In this document: one piece after another, positions 16,701 through 24,967 of the stretch | Position numbering within the stretch: the first letter of the stretch is position 1 | Layout: the number at the start of each line of letters is the position of its first letter | IMG/VR virus record: IMGVR_UViG_3300049182_000174 | Location: 1 to 28,550 of that record | From: a virus | Lineage: Duplodnaviria; Caudoviricetes | DNA length: 28,550 nucleotides | Reading direction: 5' to 3' (one strand) | Notes under the pieces: model-generated | Seen by the model: only the letters and a program-made list of their open reading frames with translations | Databases searched by the model: none | What the model was told of the DNA's origin: nothing | Program-made: the position numbers and the translations under genes

Positions 16701-18661
16701 ATTCAGAAGGAGCTGGAAGCGGCCTTCGCCAAGCTTGGCGACGATATGGCGCAGCACGGCGTTGCCGGGCTGGAGCAGTTCCAGCAGATCGGGGAAGGCT
16801 ATTTCGAGACGCTGACTCGCATCGCGTCGAACTACGCCAACCTGAATTCCATCATGGATTCCATCGGCTCGTCGTTCGGTGCGACTGGCATGGCCAGCCT
16901 CGAGGCGCGCGAACGTCTGCTGTCTTTGGCAGGAGGTATCGATTCGCTGGCCGAGATGACCAATGCCTTTGCAGAAGGCTTCCTGAACGACGCTGAACGT
17001 CTGGCGCCGGTGCAGAAGTACGTGTCCGAGCAAATGGCGGCCTTGGGTTACGCCCAGGTGAATACAGCGGACCAGTTCAAAAAAGCGGTGCTTGACTTGG
17101 CCAATTCCGGTGCATTGGCGACCGAAGAGGGGGCGCGAACTTATGCTGGCCTGATGAAGCTCGCTCCAGCGTTCAAAATGTTGACCGATGCCGCGGCGGA
17201 GCAAGCCGAAGCATTGGACGACATCGCGCGCCAGCGTGCTGACCTGGAGTCGCAGATTTTCGAGTTAACGCACAGCCAGGCTGAAGTGCTGCAGCGCCAA
17301 CGGCAGAAGGAGTTGGAGCAGCTTGATGCTTCGTTGCGTCCCCTGCAGGAGCGCATCTATGCGCTGCAGGACGAACACGCGGCTCTCGACCGCCTCAAAG
17401 AATCCGAACGCGAGCGGATGAGCGTGCTCCTGGGCGACGTAGACAGCGCCTACGGGGAGCTGCAAAGCGCCGTGGAGCGCGAGCGCCGGGCAATCAGTTT
17501 GGCCCATGAGGCAACGATGCGTGCCCTCCAGGGCCGTATTGACTCGGTCACCGCGTCCGTGCAGAAGCTGCGCTCGGTGTCCTCTCTGCTGGGAAGCACG
17601 CTCGATCAAATGACAAGGCCAGGCAATGGGTTGGCCGAACGCGCAGCGGCGCAGGCCAACGTGCGGGCGGCTTTGGCAATTGCCAAAGCGGGCGGACCTC
17701 TTCCGAGTGCCGACTCGCTGAAGAAGTCGCTTGGCGTCCTGACCAAGGACGCATCCAGTCAGTTTGCGAGCTACGTCGATTACTTGCGGGATTTCTACGA
17801 AACCAGCAATGACCTGACGGAGCTGAGCAAGTTGACCGACCAGGCTTTGAGTGTCGAGGAACGCACGCTGGAAGTCCTCAATGAGCAGAAGGAGCAGGAA
17901 GCACTTGCCTTCGATGCGGAGCAGAAACGGCTGGAGGAGTTGCTGGCCAGCGCCCAGGAGCAAATCGGAGAGCTGAAGGGGGTGAACAAAAACCTCCTGA
18001 CGCTCTCCCAGGCGATCCAGGCGCTCAGCGCTGCTATCGCGAGCGCCCAGGCTAATTCGATGATGGCTGCGACGGCAAGCATCAATTCGGCCTACAAGGA
18101 TTCGCTGGGCCGGGCACCCGACGCAGCGGGCCTGCAGTTCTGGCAAGGCCAGGTAACCAATGGCGTTGGAACCGACGCCATCGTGGACGCGATCAAGAAC
18201 TCGCCGGAGGCAAAGGTGAAGGCCCTGTACCAGTCGGTGCTTGGCCGGACTGCTGATGCAGGCGGCCTGCAGTTCTACATGGATGCGATGTCGAAGGGGG
18301 CGTCAGCCGACGACATCGCGCGCTCGATGCGAGGCAGCAGCGAGTATCAGGTGAAGGTGCCGGCATTCGCCACGGGGGGGATCACCTTGGCGGCCTGCGC
18401 CTGGTCGGAGAACGCGGCCCGGAGCTGGAAGTCACCGGCCCGTCCCGAATCTTCAACGCGCAGCAGACCGCTAGCCTGCTGCGTGGCCGGGGTGACGACG
18501 CGCTGCTGCAGGAGGTGCGTGAGCTGAGAAAGGAGAATGAAAACTTGCGCAAGATTACAGAAAGCCATCTGTACGCCATCGCCAAAAGCGTGCGCGTATC
18601 GGCCGACATCCACGATGCGTGGGACACGGCCGGCCAGCCGGAAGTGAGGACGTCAGCATGA
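13737..18661 (+). CDS. Tail tape measure protein; frame broken at a G7 tract (18374-18380), stops at 18527 as written
   Basis: MSALGSLVVKL N-terminus and Ala-rich helical body. The C-terminal VPAFATGG-DHLGGLRLVGERGPELEVTG continues only in the -1 frame and ends at TGA 18661, overlapping the next ATG. Confidence 0.93.
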
Positions 18662-20289
18662 TGATCATCGATCCGGTGTTGCTGGGAAGTACCACTATTA
18701 GTCGGCCGGGGCCCGGAACATATTTTGACAGTGCCGGCGTTTTGCAATCGGCAGCAAACAATGTGTTGAGGATCTCCCACGATCCCTCGAACCCTTCGGC
18801 GCCGCCGTTGCCCCTCGTGGAAAAGGAGAGCACCAACTGGGTACGGAATAACACAATGCTAGGCGCGGTGGCCGGCATGCCAGGAACCTTACCAACGAAC
18901 TGGCAGTACGGCGCGCCCACGGGGGTGTCGCGTGAAGTCGTCGGGATTGGGGTAGAGAGTGGTATCGAATACATCGACATTCGGGTGTTCGGCACGCCAG
19001 CTGCCGCGCCTGTTCCCGAGGTTATGATCCCGTTCGACATGGGGACGGCAACCAAAGCGGCAGCTGGCCAGACCTGGGTTTCCACGATTTTTGTTCGGAT
19101 TGTTGGAGGCTCGATGTCTGGTGTCGCGAACTGCGAGAATTTCATCATTGGGTACAGCTCGACGCCGGCACTGACTGAGGCAGGCTCTTCGACTTTTACG
19201 CCCTCAGCTGCGCCGCTGAGCGAATGCCGGGTTTCGCATACGCGCCAAATGACCGGGGCGGACACCGCGTTCATTCATAGCAGGTTCGACTTGAATTTGA
19301 CCGCTGGCGGTGGAGTTCCTGTCGACATTACCTTGCGCATTGGCCTGCCTCAGCTCGAACGCGACAGTGCGACATCGCCAATTAAGACGTCTGGCGCGGC
19401 GGTGACTCGGGCCGCCGACGTGGTCAGTAATACGCCCGGGCTTCTGTATTCGAACGTTACGGTTGCCGAGGCGCCTTATAACGCTGCTATCTCGTATGCG
19501 AAGGGCGACCTGGCTCTAGATCCGACGACGAATGTGGTCTACGAATCGCTCGTCGCGGCCAACTCGGGGGCGGCGTTATCGGACGCCACCAAGTGGCTTG
19601 GCAGGGGAGCGACCAATCGTTGGAGGATGCTGGACCAGTACAACAACACCCAGACGGAAAATCAGGACCAGATCTACCTAGTACTGTCTCCCAAGGAAGT
19701 GGTTCGCGGAGTCTATCTCGGAAATCTTGATGCGCACGAGGTCAGCGTTATCGTCCAGGACGGCGCTGATGGGACTGTTTTCTCGGCGACCAACAGCCTG
19801 GTAATCGGCGACTCCGATTCCAGCTACTTCAATTGGTGCTTCAAGCGTATCCGTAGAAGGACCTACTTCGTCGCAGTGACGTTGCCGGTGTATGTCAACG
19901 CGCTCGTGACGATCATCATCCGCAAGCCGGGCGGAATCGCGAAATGCGGCATGTGTGTCGTGGGGCCAATCGCTGACGTAGGCTTGTCTGAATATGGGCT
20001 TTCCACCGAGATCAAAGATTACTCCAGCACGACATTCAATTTCGACGGCACCAGCACGACGGTCAAGCGTGGCTTCGCAAAGCGCATGAGCGTCGACGTC
20101 CAAGTAAGCAATGAGGTCATCGACTCAGTGCAGGAGATGCTTGCCGATTATCGTCAAAAACCGGTGGTGTGGGTCGGAACCGTCCTGTACGGGTCGGCCC
20201 TCATCTATGGAACCTATTCAAGCTTCAAGAACATCATCGAAACCCATCCATTCTCAAAAATGGCCCTGCAAATTGAAGGAAAAGTCTGA
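18658..20289 (+). CDS. Tail tip/distal-tail-like protein with an inserted fibre/lectin-like domain
   Basis: Follows TMP. YAKGD...VYESL...KW..GATNRWRMLD pattern and C-terminal IKDYS...FDG...KRGFAKRMS; N-terminal insert SRPGPGTYFDSAG...VTRAADV. Confidence 0.7.
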   Translation: MMIIDPVLLGSTTISRPGPGTYFDSAGVLQSAANNVLRISHDPSNPSAPPLPLVEKESTNWVRNNTMLGAVAGMPGTLPTNWQYGAPTGVSREVVGIGVESGIEYIDIRVFGTPAAAPVPEVMIPFDMGTATKAAAGQTWVSTIFVRIVGGSMSGVANCENFIIGYSSTPALTEAGSSTFTPSAAPLSECRVSHTRQMTGADTAFIHSRFDLNLTAGGGVPVDITLRIGLPQLERDSATSPIKTSGAAVTRAADVVSNTPGLLYSNVTVAEAPYNAAISYAKGDLALDPTTNVVYESLVAANSGAALSDATKWLGRGATNRWRMLDQYNNTQTENQDQIYLVLSPKEVVRGVYLGNLDAHEVSVIVQDGADGTVFSATNSLVIGDSDSSYFNWCFKRIRRRTYFVAVTLPVYVNALVTIIIRKPGGIAKCGMCVVGPIADVGLSEYGLSTEIKDYSSTTFNFDGTSTTVKRGFAKRMSVDVQVSNEVIDSVQEMLADYRQKPVVWVGTVLYGSALIYGTYSSFKNIIETHPFSKMALQIEGKV

Positions 20290-22454
20290 TGTCGTTTACG
20301 CCGATTTCACCAATCACAACAGCATTGCGCACCCAGCCTCAGGATGATTTCGATCAGAACATGGCCACGTTCATGACGCAATTTCCGAAGGCAATCAGCG
20401 AGTTGAACACTGCCGGCGCCCAAACTGATGCCAATGCGCAGGCAGCGGCAGGCTCTGCAACTCAGGCGGCTACCAGTGCGGCGCAAGCCGCGCAGTCGGC
20501 GATCACAGCGACTGCTGCAGCCGGCGCAGTAGCGTTCAACCCGTTGACGAACTACAGTCAGGGACAAGCGGCCATCTCTAATGTGAACCAGCAAGTCTAT
20601 CGGCGCAAGACGGCGGGCACGAATGCCGCCGACCCTGCTAATGACCCGACCAACTGGACTCGGGTCATGCTGTCCACAGGGTACGAGGGCGTGACAGGGA
20701 CTGGCAACGTGACCCTGACGGCGCAAAGTCAGGGCGCGCAGGCCATCACGTCCACGGGCTACGGCCAGGCAATAATTTTGCCTGACGCGCGTACTTGCGT
20801 CCGTGCGGCCATTCTGCACACGATTCGGAATGTCGGTCCTTTCCCGTACGCCATTAAGGACAATACCGGCGGCCGACTTGGCTGGATTCCTCCGCGCGGG
20901 ACGGCCATAGTCGGCCTGGCCGAGAACAGCACGCAGGCCGGAACCTGGACCGTCTTCGGCGTAGACCCCGCAGCCATCACCGCGGCCGTCTCTTGGACGG
21001 GCACTGAGCTCGGGCTCTATGATTTCATCACCATCGATGCCAACCGGTCATTAATCCTACTCCACGGCACCACGTCGCTATACGGCATGATGTACGACTC
21101 GTCGGATGCAACGATGGGCTCCCCGACGTTGATTCGCTCTGCGGGATCAACCTTATATTTTGCGCATGCGGTCCTCACGGCAGCTAACCAAGTGCTGGTC
21201 TGTACGTGCGACTCCACCACAGCCTTCCAGGCTGTGGTGCTGAGCATCAGTGCCATTGGCATCACCGTGAACACCGCGGTGCCAACAACGCTGTCAAGCA
21301 GTATCGTCCCTGCACAAGATTCCAGCCCCAATCACGGCGGATTGATCGCCCTCGGATCCAACTTCGTCGTCGGGTATTCCAAGTCCAATGCAACCAGTGC
21401 CACGAGGGTCATCACGATCTCGGGTACTACCCCCGTGATCGGGGCCGAGGCGGGTGGAGTACCGGCCAAGATCAACAGCATGTTCGCTGTAAGTTCCACT
21501 GTGGGTCTGGTCATCGGATGGGACGGGGTGAATCACTACGGTGTCCCGATCTCAGTCTCAGGCGGGGCGGCTGTGGCGGGTACGCAGGCGGTGTGGGCCT
21601 CTGCCCAGGTCATCCATGCAGTACGTCAGTGGGGCTCCCGCTACCTGACACTCTGCGCGGGTAATGTCGGCCTCATCTCCGTATCAGGTACTACCGCAAC
21701 GGTGTCCACCGCGGACGGTAGCCTGGCGGCTCCGCACCTCGGACAACTGATTGAGGGCCAGATCTCGCCATCGAAGTGGTTCCTCCTTGACCAGAACAGG
21801 GCCGTGCGCATCCTCACCGACACGTCAGGGACGCTGTCTGTCACGATCGCCAACATGTCCTGGCAATCGTACATTACGGGGACCCTCTGCCTGGCCCGGA
21901 TCAGCTCCGACCGCATCGCACTGTACGGTACGAGCGTACTTGCTGTCGATGGGAGTGCGGGCACCGCCGCTCAGCACGTTTCCGCGGAGGTCGTCGTATC
22001 GGGCGCTACTGCCGTTGAGGGCCGAACCACCGTTCTGAGCTTCGAGTCGAGCCAGGGGGCCATGGCCGTTGATAGTATGCGGTCCGGGGCGGTCAGTGCG
22101 CCAGCCCACTCTTACTCGGGGCTCCACCTCCAGGGTAACTTGGGCTCAAGCATCCCGCTATCACCTGCACGGGCAAAGTACAGCGGGTCCCCGCAGATCC
22201 TCGGCCGTGATGCGACATCAGCCATCATCGTCGGGGGCCTCCTCGCTGCCAAATTTGAGGGCTCTGAGACGGGCGTATCTGCCGTGTCCATCCCCAGCCT
22301 GCAGCTGAACCCGGGTGGTAAGAACGGGGACGGGTCCAACACCCAATTCAATCGCCGGCTAAACGGTCTCCCGCTCACTAGCCGGCGCGTCCTTGGTCAG
22401 ACCGGGTGCTACGGCGCCATCCGCACCTACTACGTAGTGGAGTCCATTGCATGA
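20289..22454 (+). CDS. Tail fibre/receptor-binding protein
   Basis: 721 aa; Ala-rich coiled N-terminus, DPANDPTNW, ILPDA, then Ser/Thr/Gly-rich repeated beta motifs; followed by a chaperone-like gene. Confidence 0.75.
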   Translation: MSFTPISPITTALRTQPQDDFDQNMATFMTQFPKAISELNTAGAQTDANAQAAAGSATQAATSAAQAAQSAITATAAAGAVAFNPLTNYSQGQAAISNVNQQVYRRKTAGTNAADPANDPTNWTRVMLSTGYEGVTGTGNVTLTAQSQGAQAITSTGYGQAIILPDARTCVRAAILHTIRNVGPFPYAIKDNTGGRLGWIPPRGTAIVGLAENSTQAGTWTVFGVDPAAITAAVSWTGTELGLYDFITIDANRSLILLHGTTSLYGMMYDSSDATMGSPTLIRSAGSTLYFAHAVLTAANQVLVCTCDSTTAFQAVVLSISAIGITVNTAVPTTLSSSIVPAQDSSPNHGGLIALGSNFVVGYSKSNATSATRVITISGTTPVIGAEAGGVPAKINSMFAVSSTVGLVIGWDGVNHYGVPISVSGGAAVAGTQAVWASAQVIHAVRQWGSRYLTLCAGNVGLISVSGTTATVSTADGSLAAPHLGQLIEGQISPSKWFLLDQNRAVRILTDTSGTLSVTIANMSWQSYITGTLCLARISSDRIALYGTSVLAVDGSAGTAAQHVSAEVVVSGATAVEGRTTVLSFESSQGAMAVDSMRSGAVSAPAHSYSGLHLQGNLGSSIPLSPARAKYSGSPQILGRDATSAIIVGGLLAAKFEGSETGVSAVSIPSLQLNPGGKNGDGSNTQFNRRLNGLPLTSRRVLGQTGCYGAIRTYYVVESIA

Positions 22455-23053
22455 AGAAGCTCATCTCAGTAGGGGCCGAATTTGGTCCCTTCCAATCCAT
22501 TGTTATGGTCGACGACCAGTACCTGGCCGATGGCGTTTGCCTGCCGGTCTCGGCTCTCCCAGGAGAGCACGTCATCGTGGATGTTGAAGACTTGCCGCAG
22601 CCCTGGGTCTCTGGCGCGTACACGATCCAAGGTGGAGCGCTCATCCTCGATGAGGAAAGCGCTCCTTGGCAGGCATACTTGCAGGCAGAGGCGGCGCGCT
22701 TGGACAAGGCTAAGTCCGAGCGCCTGGCTGACATCAACCGCTGGCGGGCGGACGCGAACGCAACGATTTTTCCGTTTGCCGGCAAGCATATCCAGTGCGA
22801 TGCTCTGAGCACCACCGACATCCTCGGCACCGCGCTAAGCATTGCTCTGACCGGAGCGTTCCCGCCGGACTTCCCTGGCGCCTGGAAGGCGTCGGACAAC
22901 ACGTACATCCCGTTGCCAACGGTGGAAGACTTCGCCCCACTTTATAGCGCCTTTACCCAGCGCGGTTCGCTGAACTTCCAACGCGCACAGGAGCTGAAAG
23001 CGCAGGTAGCGTCGGCAACCACCTTCGCCGAACTGGAGGAGGTCAAATGGTAA
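22451..23053 (+). CDS. DUF4376-like tail fibre-associated protein
   Basis: AKSERLADINRWR...FPFAGKHIQCD...WKASDNTYIPL...LKAQVASATTFAELEEVKW; ATGA overlap. Confidence 0.8.
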   Translation: MKKLISVGAEFGPFQSIVMVDDQYLADGVCLPVSALPGEHVIVDVEDLPQPWVSGAYTIQGGALILDEESAPWQAYLQAEAARLDKAKSERLADINRWRADANATIFPFAGKHIQCDALSTTDILGTALSIALTGAFPPDFPGAWKASDNTYIPLPTVEDFAPLYSAFTQRGSLNFQRAQELKAQVASATTFAELEEVKW

Positions 23054-23571
23054 AGCTGCCAGGAATGCTGGATCGCCAGCCTGCAGGCTTCCATGCTGCG
23101 TTCTACAAGGGCACTCGTCCGGGCGTCGCTGGCCTCTACAGCCGGGGAGTGCGTTTCTGGATGCGCGGCCCATATAGCCACTGTGAGGCTGTTTACAGCG
23201 ACGGTGAGTCGGCGTCTGCCAGCTTTGAGGACGACGGCGTTCGATTCAAGACCATTGCGTATGATCCCGCGCGCTGGGACTTCGTGCGATTGCCGGCGCA
23301 TTTAGAGCTTCCGTCGCGCCAATGGTTCGTTGACCACGACGGCGAGCTCTACGACCTTCGCGGGAATATGCACTTCGTTTTGGGGCCTGTGCAGGAATCG
23401 CGCAATCGGAAGTTCTGCGCGGAGGCGTTGGCGGCCTCCTTGGGCATCCCCGATGCCTGGCGCTTCGACCCCAACGCCCTCGCCGTGCTGCTGCTCTACT
23501 TTTCGCAATTTGGATGGGGCGCCCCAGCTGCGCCGACTCCCCAATCTTCGCAATTCATTCTCCAACCATGA
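23047..23571 (+). CDS. Permuted NlpC/P60 (papain-like) protein
   Basis: His-before-Cys order: GPYSHCE ... YDLRG ... KFCAEALAASLG. Confidence 0.7.
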   Translation: MVKLPGMLDRQPAGFHAAFYKGTRPGVAGLYSRGVRFWMRGPYSHCEAVYSDGESASASFEDDGVRFKTIAYDPARWDFVRLPAHLELPSRQWFVDHDGELYDLRGNMHFVLGPVQESRNRKFCAEALAASLGIPDAWRFDPNALAVLLLYFSQFGWGAPAAPTPQSSQFILQP

Positions 23572-24011
23572 AAGACACTATGGCAATTGAAACTACTGCT
23601 GCCGGCGGCAGCGCCCTGGTCAAAATTTTCGGTGCAAGTGTGGTTGCTGGCGCCGTGGCCAGCGCGTTTGCATTCATGTTCATGTGGCCGCGCACCTTGA
23701 CGGAGGCGGCGATCCGGCTGGCCAGCACGCTGCTGGCATCGTTTGTGGCCGGCCCGGTACTGGTCATCGCCGTCCATTCGTCGAGCCCTGGCTTGTTTGA
23801 GTCAGCGCGCACTGTAGCCGCGATGTACGGCGCTATGCCTGACTTGGGCTTCCTTTTCGTCGCGGCACCATTGATGGTCGTCGCTGGCCTGCCGGCTTGG
23901 TGGGTGATTGGCTGGATCGTGCGCTGGATGGACGCGCGGCGCAACAAGGACATTGGCGAAGTGGCGCAGGACGCTGCCGCCGCTGTCAAGCGCGTAAGGG
24001 AGGCACTGTGA
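23568..24011 (+). CDS. Putative holin
   Basis: Three hydrophobic segments and a charged C-terminus, directly upstream of the endolysin; starts at 23568 or 23580. Confidence 0.7.
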   Translation: MKDTMAIETTAAGGSALVKIFGASVVAGAVASAFAFMFMWPRTLTEAAIRLASTLLASFVAGPVLVIAVHSSSPGLFESARTVAAMYGAMPDLGFLFVAAPLMVVAGLPAWWVIGWIVRWMDARRNKDIGEVAQDAAAAVKRVREAL

Positions 24012-24445
24012 ACCTGAGCGCACATTTCACGCTTGAAGAGATGACCGCATCGCAGACGGCAACACGTCGCGGCATCGACAACTCGCCGCCGGCGGCCGTG
24101 GTGGGCAACCTGCGCCGCCTGGCGTCATTGCTCGAAGAGGTCCGTGCAGCAGTTGGACTGCCGATCCGCATTTCAAGTGGATACCGCAGCCCAGCGCTGA
24201 ATCGTGCCATCGGGGGCGCTGCCAATAGCGCGCACTTGAGTGGCCTGGCAGCGGATATCACTGCTCCCTCGCTGTCGCCCAAGCAGCTGGCGACAGCGAT
24301 CATTGCTGCCGGCGTCAAGTTCGATCAACTGATCTACGAGGGTGCTTGGGTGCATATCGGCCTGGCCAGCGGTGCGCAGCGCAACCAGATCCTGACCGCG
24401 CGCTTCTCGGGCGGACGCGTCAGTTATTCGGAGGGCATCGTATGA
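24008..24445 (+). CDS. Endolysin, peptidase M15 family
   Basis: GTG start in a GTGA overlap; LSAHFTLEE, ISSGYRS..LN, SAH..G.AADI, FDQLIYE..WVHI zinc-ligand motifs. Confidence 0.92.
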   Translation: MNLSAHFTLEEMTASQTATRRGIDNSPPAAVVGNLRRLASLLEEVRAAVGLPIRISSGYRSPALNRAIGGAANSAHLSGLAADITAPSLSPKQLATAIIAAGVKFDQLIYEGAWVHIGLASGAQRNQILTARFSGGRVSYSEGIV

Positions 24446-24942
24446 CCAACTTACTGCCGGCGCCGGCGCGCTGGATTGCACTGGCGGGGATCGCCATTGT
24501 GATGTACCTGCTGGGCATGTTGCACGGTGAGCGTACTGCGGGTCAGGAGCACATCGATTATGTGGAAGCCCAGGCAAAGCGCGGCCTTCAGGTGGCGAAC
24601 GCGCGAGCAAGGGTCGTGGTGAAAACTGAGGTCAAGTACCGCGACCGAATTCGTACTATTTATGTGAAGGGAGAAGAAATTGAAAAGCAAGTACCGGTAT
24701 TGGTCACGCCCGATGACGATTTGCTCGATGGCGTTAGTGTTGGCTTCGTGCGCAGCTTCAACGCCGCCTGGTCCGGAGATGCTGCCGGACCTGCCGCCGA
24801 TTCTGACCGAGAATCCGCCGGAATTCCGCTTGCTGAAGTCGCGGAAGCAGACGCGCACAATGCCAAATCCTGCCGTGCCTGGCGTGAATTAGCGCTTGGG
24901 TTGCGTGAGTACTACGAGGCCCAGCAAGCAGTCTCTAAGTAG
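24442..24942 (+). CDS. Rz: Inner-membrane spanin (Rz-like)
   Basis: Single N-terminal TM segment and helical periplasmic part, after the endolysin; carries an embedded lipoprotein ORF. Confidence 0.75.
   Translation: MTNLLPAPARWIALAGIAIVMYLLGMLHGERTAGQEHIDYVEAQAKRGLQVANARARVVVKTEVKYRDRIRTIYVKGEEIEKQVPVLVTPDDDLLDGVSVGFVRSFNAAWSGDAAGPAADSDRESAGIPLAEVAEADAHNAKSCRAWRELALGLREYYEAQQAVSK
24680..24892 (+). CDS. Rz1: Outer-membrane spanin lipoprotein (Rz1-like), embedded in Rz in the +1 frame
   Basis: TTG start after AAGGGAG; lipobox LAS-C followed by a Pro-rich mature region (TPPGPEMLPDLPP). Confidence 0.65.
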   Translation: MKSKYRYWSRPMTICSMALVLASCAASTPPGPEMLPDLPPILTENPPEFRLLKSRKQTRTMPNPAVPGVN

Positions 24943-24957
24943 TGCAGACGTCTGCAC
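24942..24957. repeat. Perfect 16-bp palindrome GTGCAGACGTCTGCAC, copy 3 of 3
   Basis: Begins on the last base of the Rz stop codon, 10 bp from the stop of the convergent moron. Confidence 0.95.
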
Positions 24958-24967
24958 GCTACAGCCA

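Noticed and set aside
418-18146. Other long antisense ORFs (418-1281, 6556-7614, 11847-12869, 15444-16130, 17265-18146)
   Set aside because: All mirror strong phage genes and read as reverse-complement codon artefacts.
20289-22454. Diversity-generating retroelement or invertible tail-fibre cassette
   Set aside because: No reverse transcriptase, TR/VR repeat pair, invertase or inverted fibre segments seen in the window.
2631-24957. Palindrome as CRISPR repeat, IS end, att core, matS or protelomerase site
   Set aside because: Copies are kilobases apart with no spacers, transposase or target duplications; three internal copies do not fit attL/attR; the sequence differs from matS (GTGACRNYGTCAC) and is much shorter than known telRL sites.
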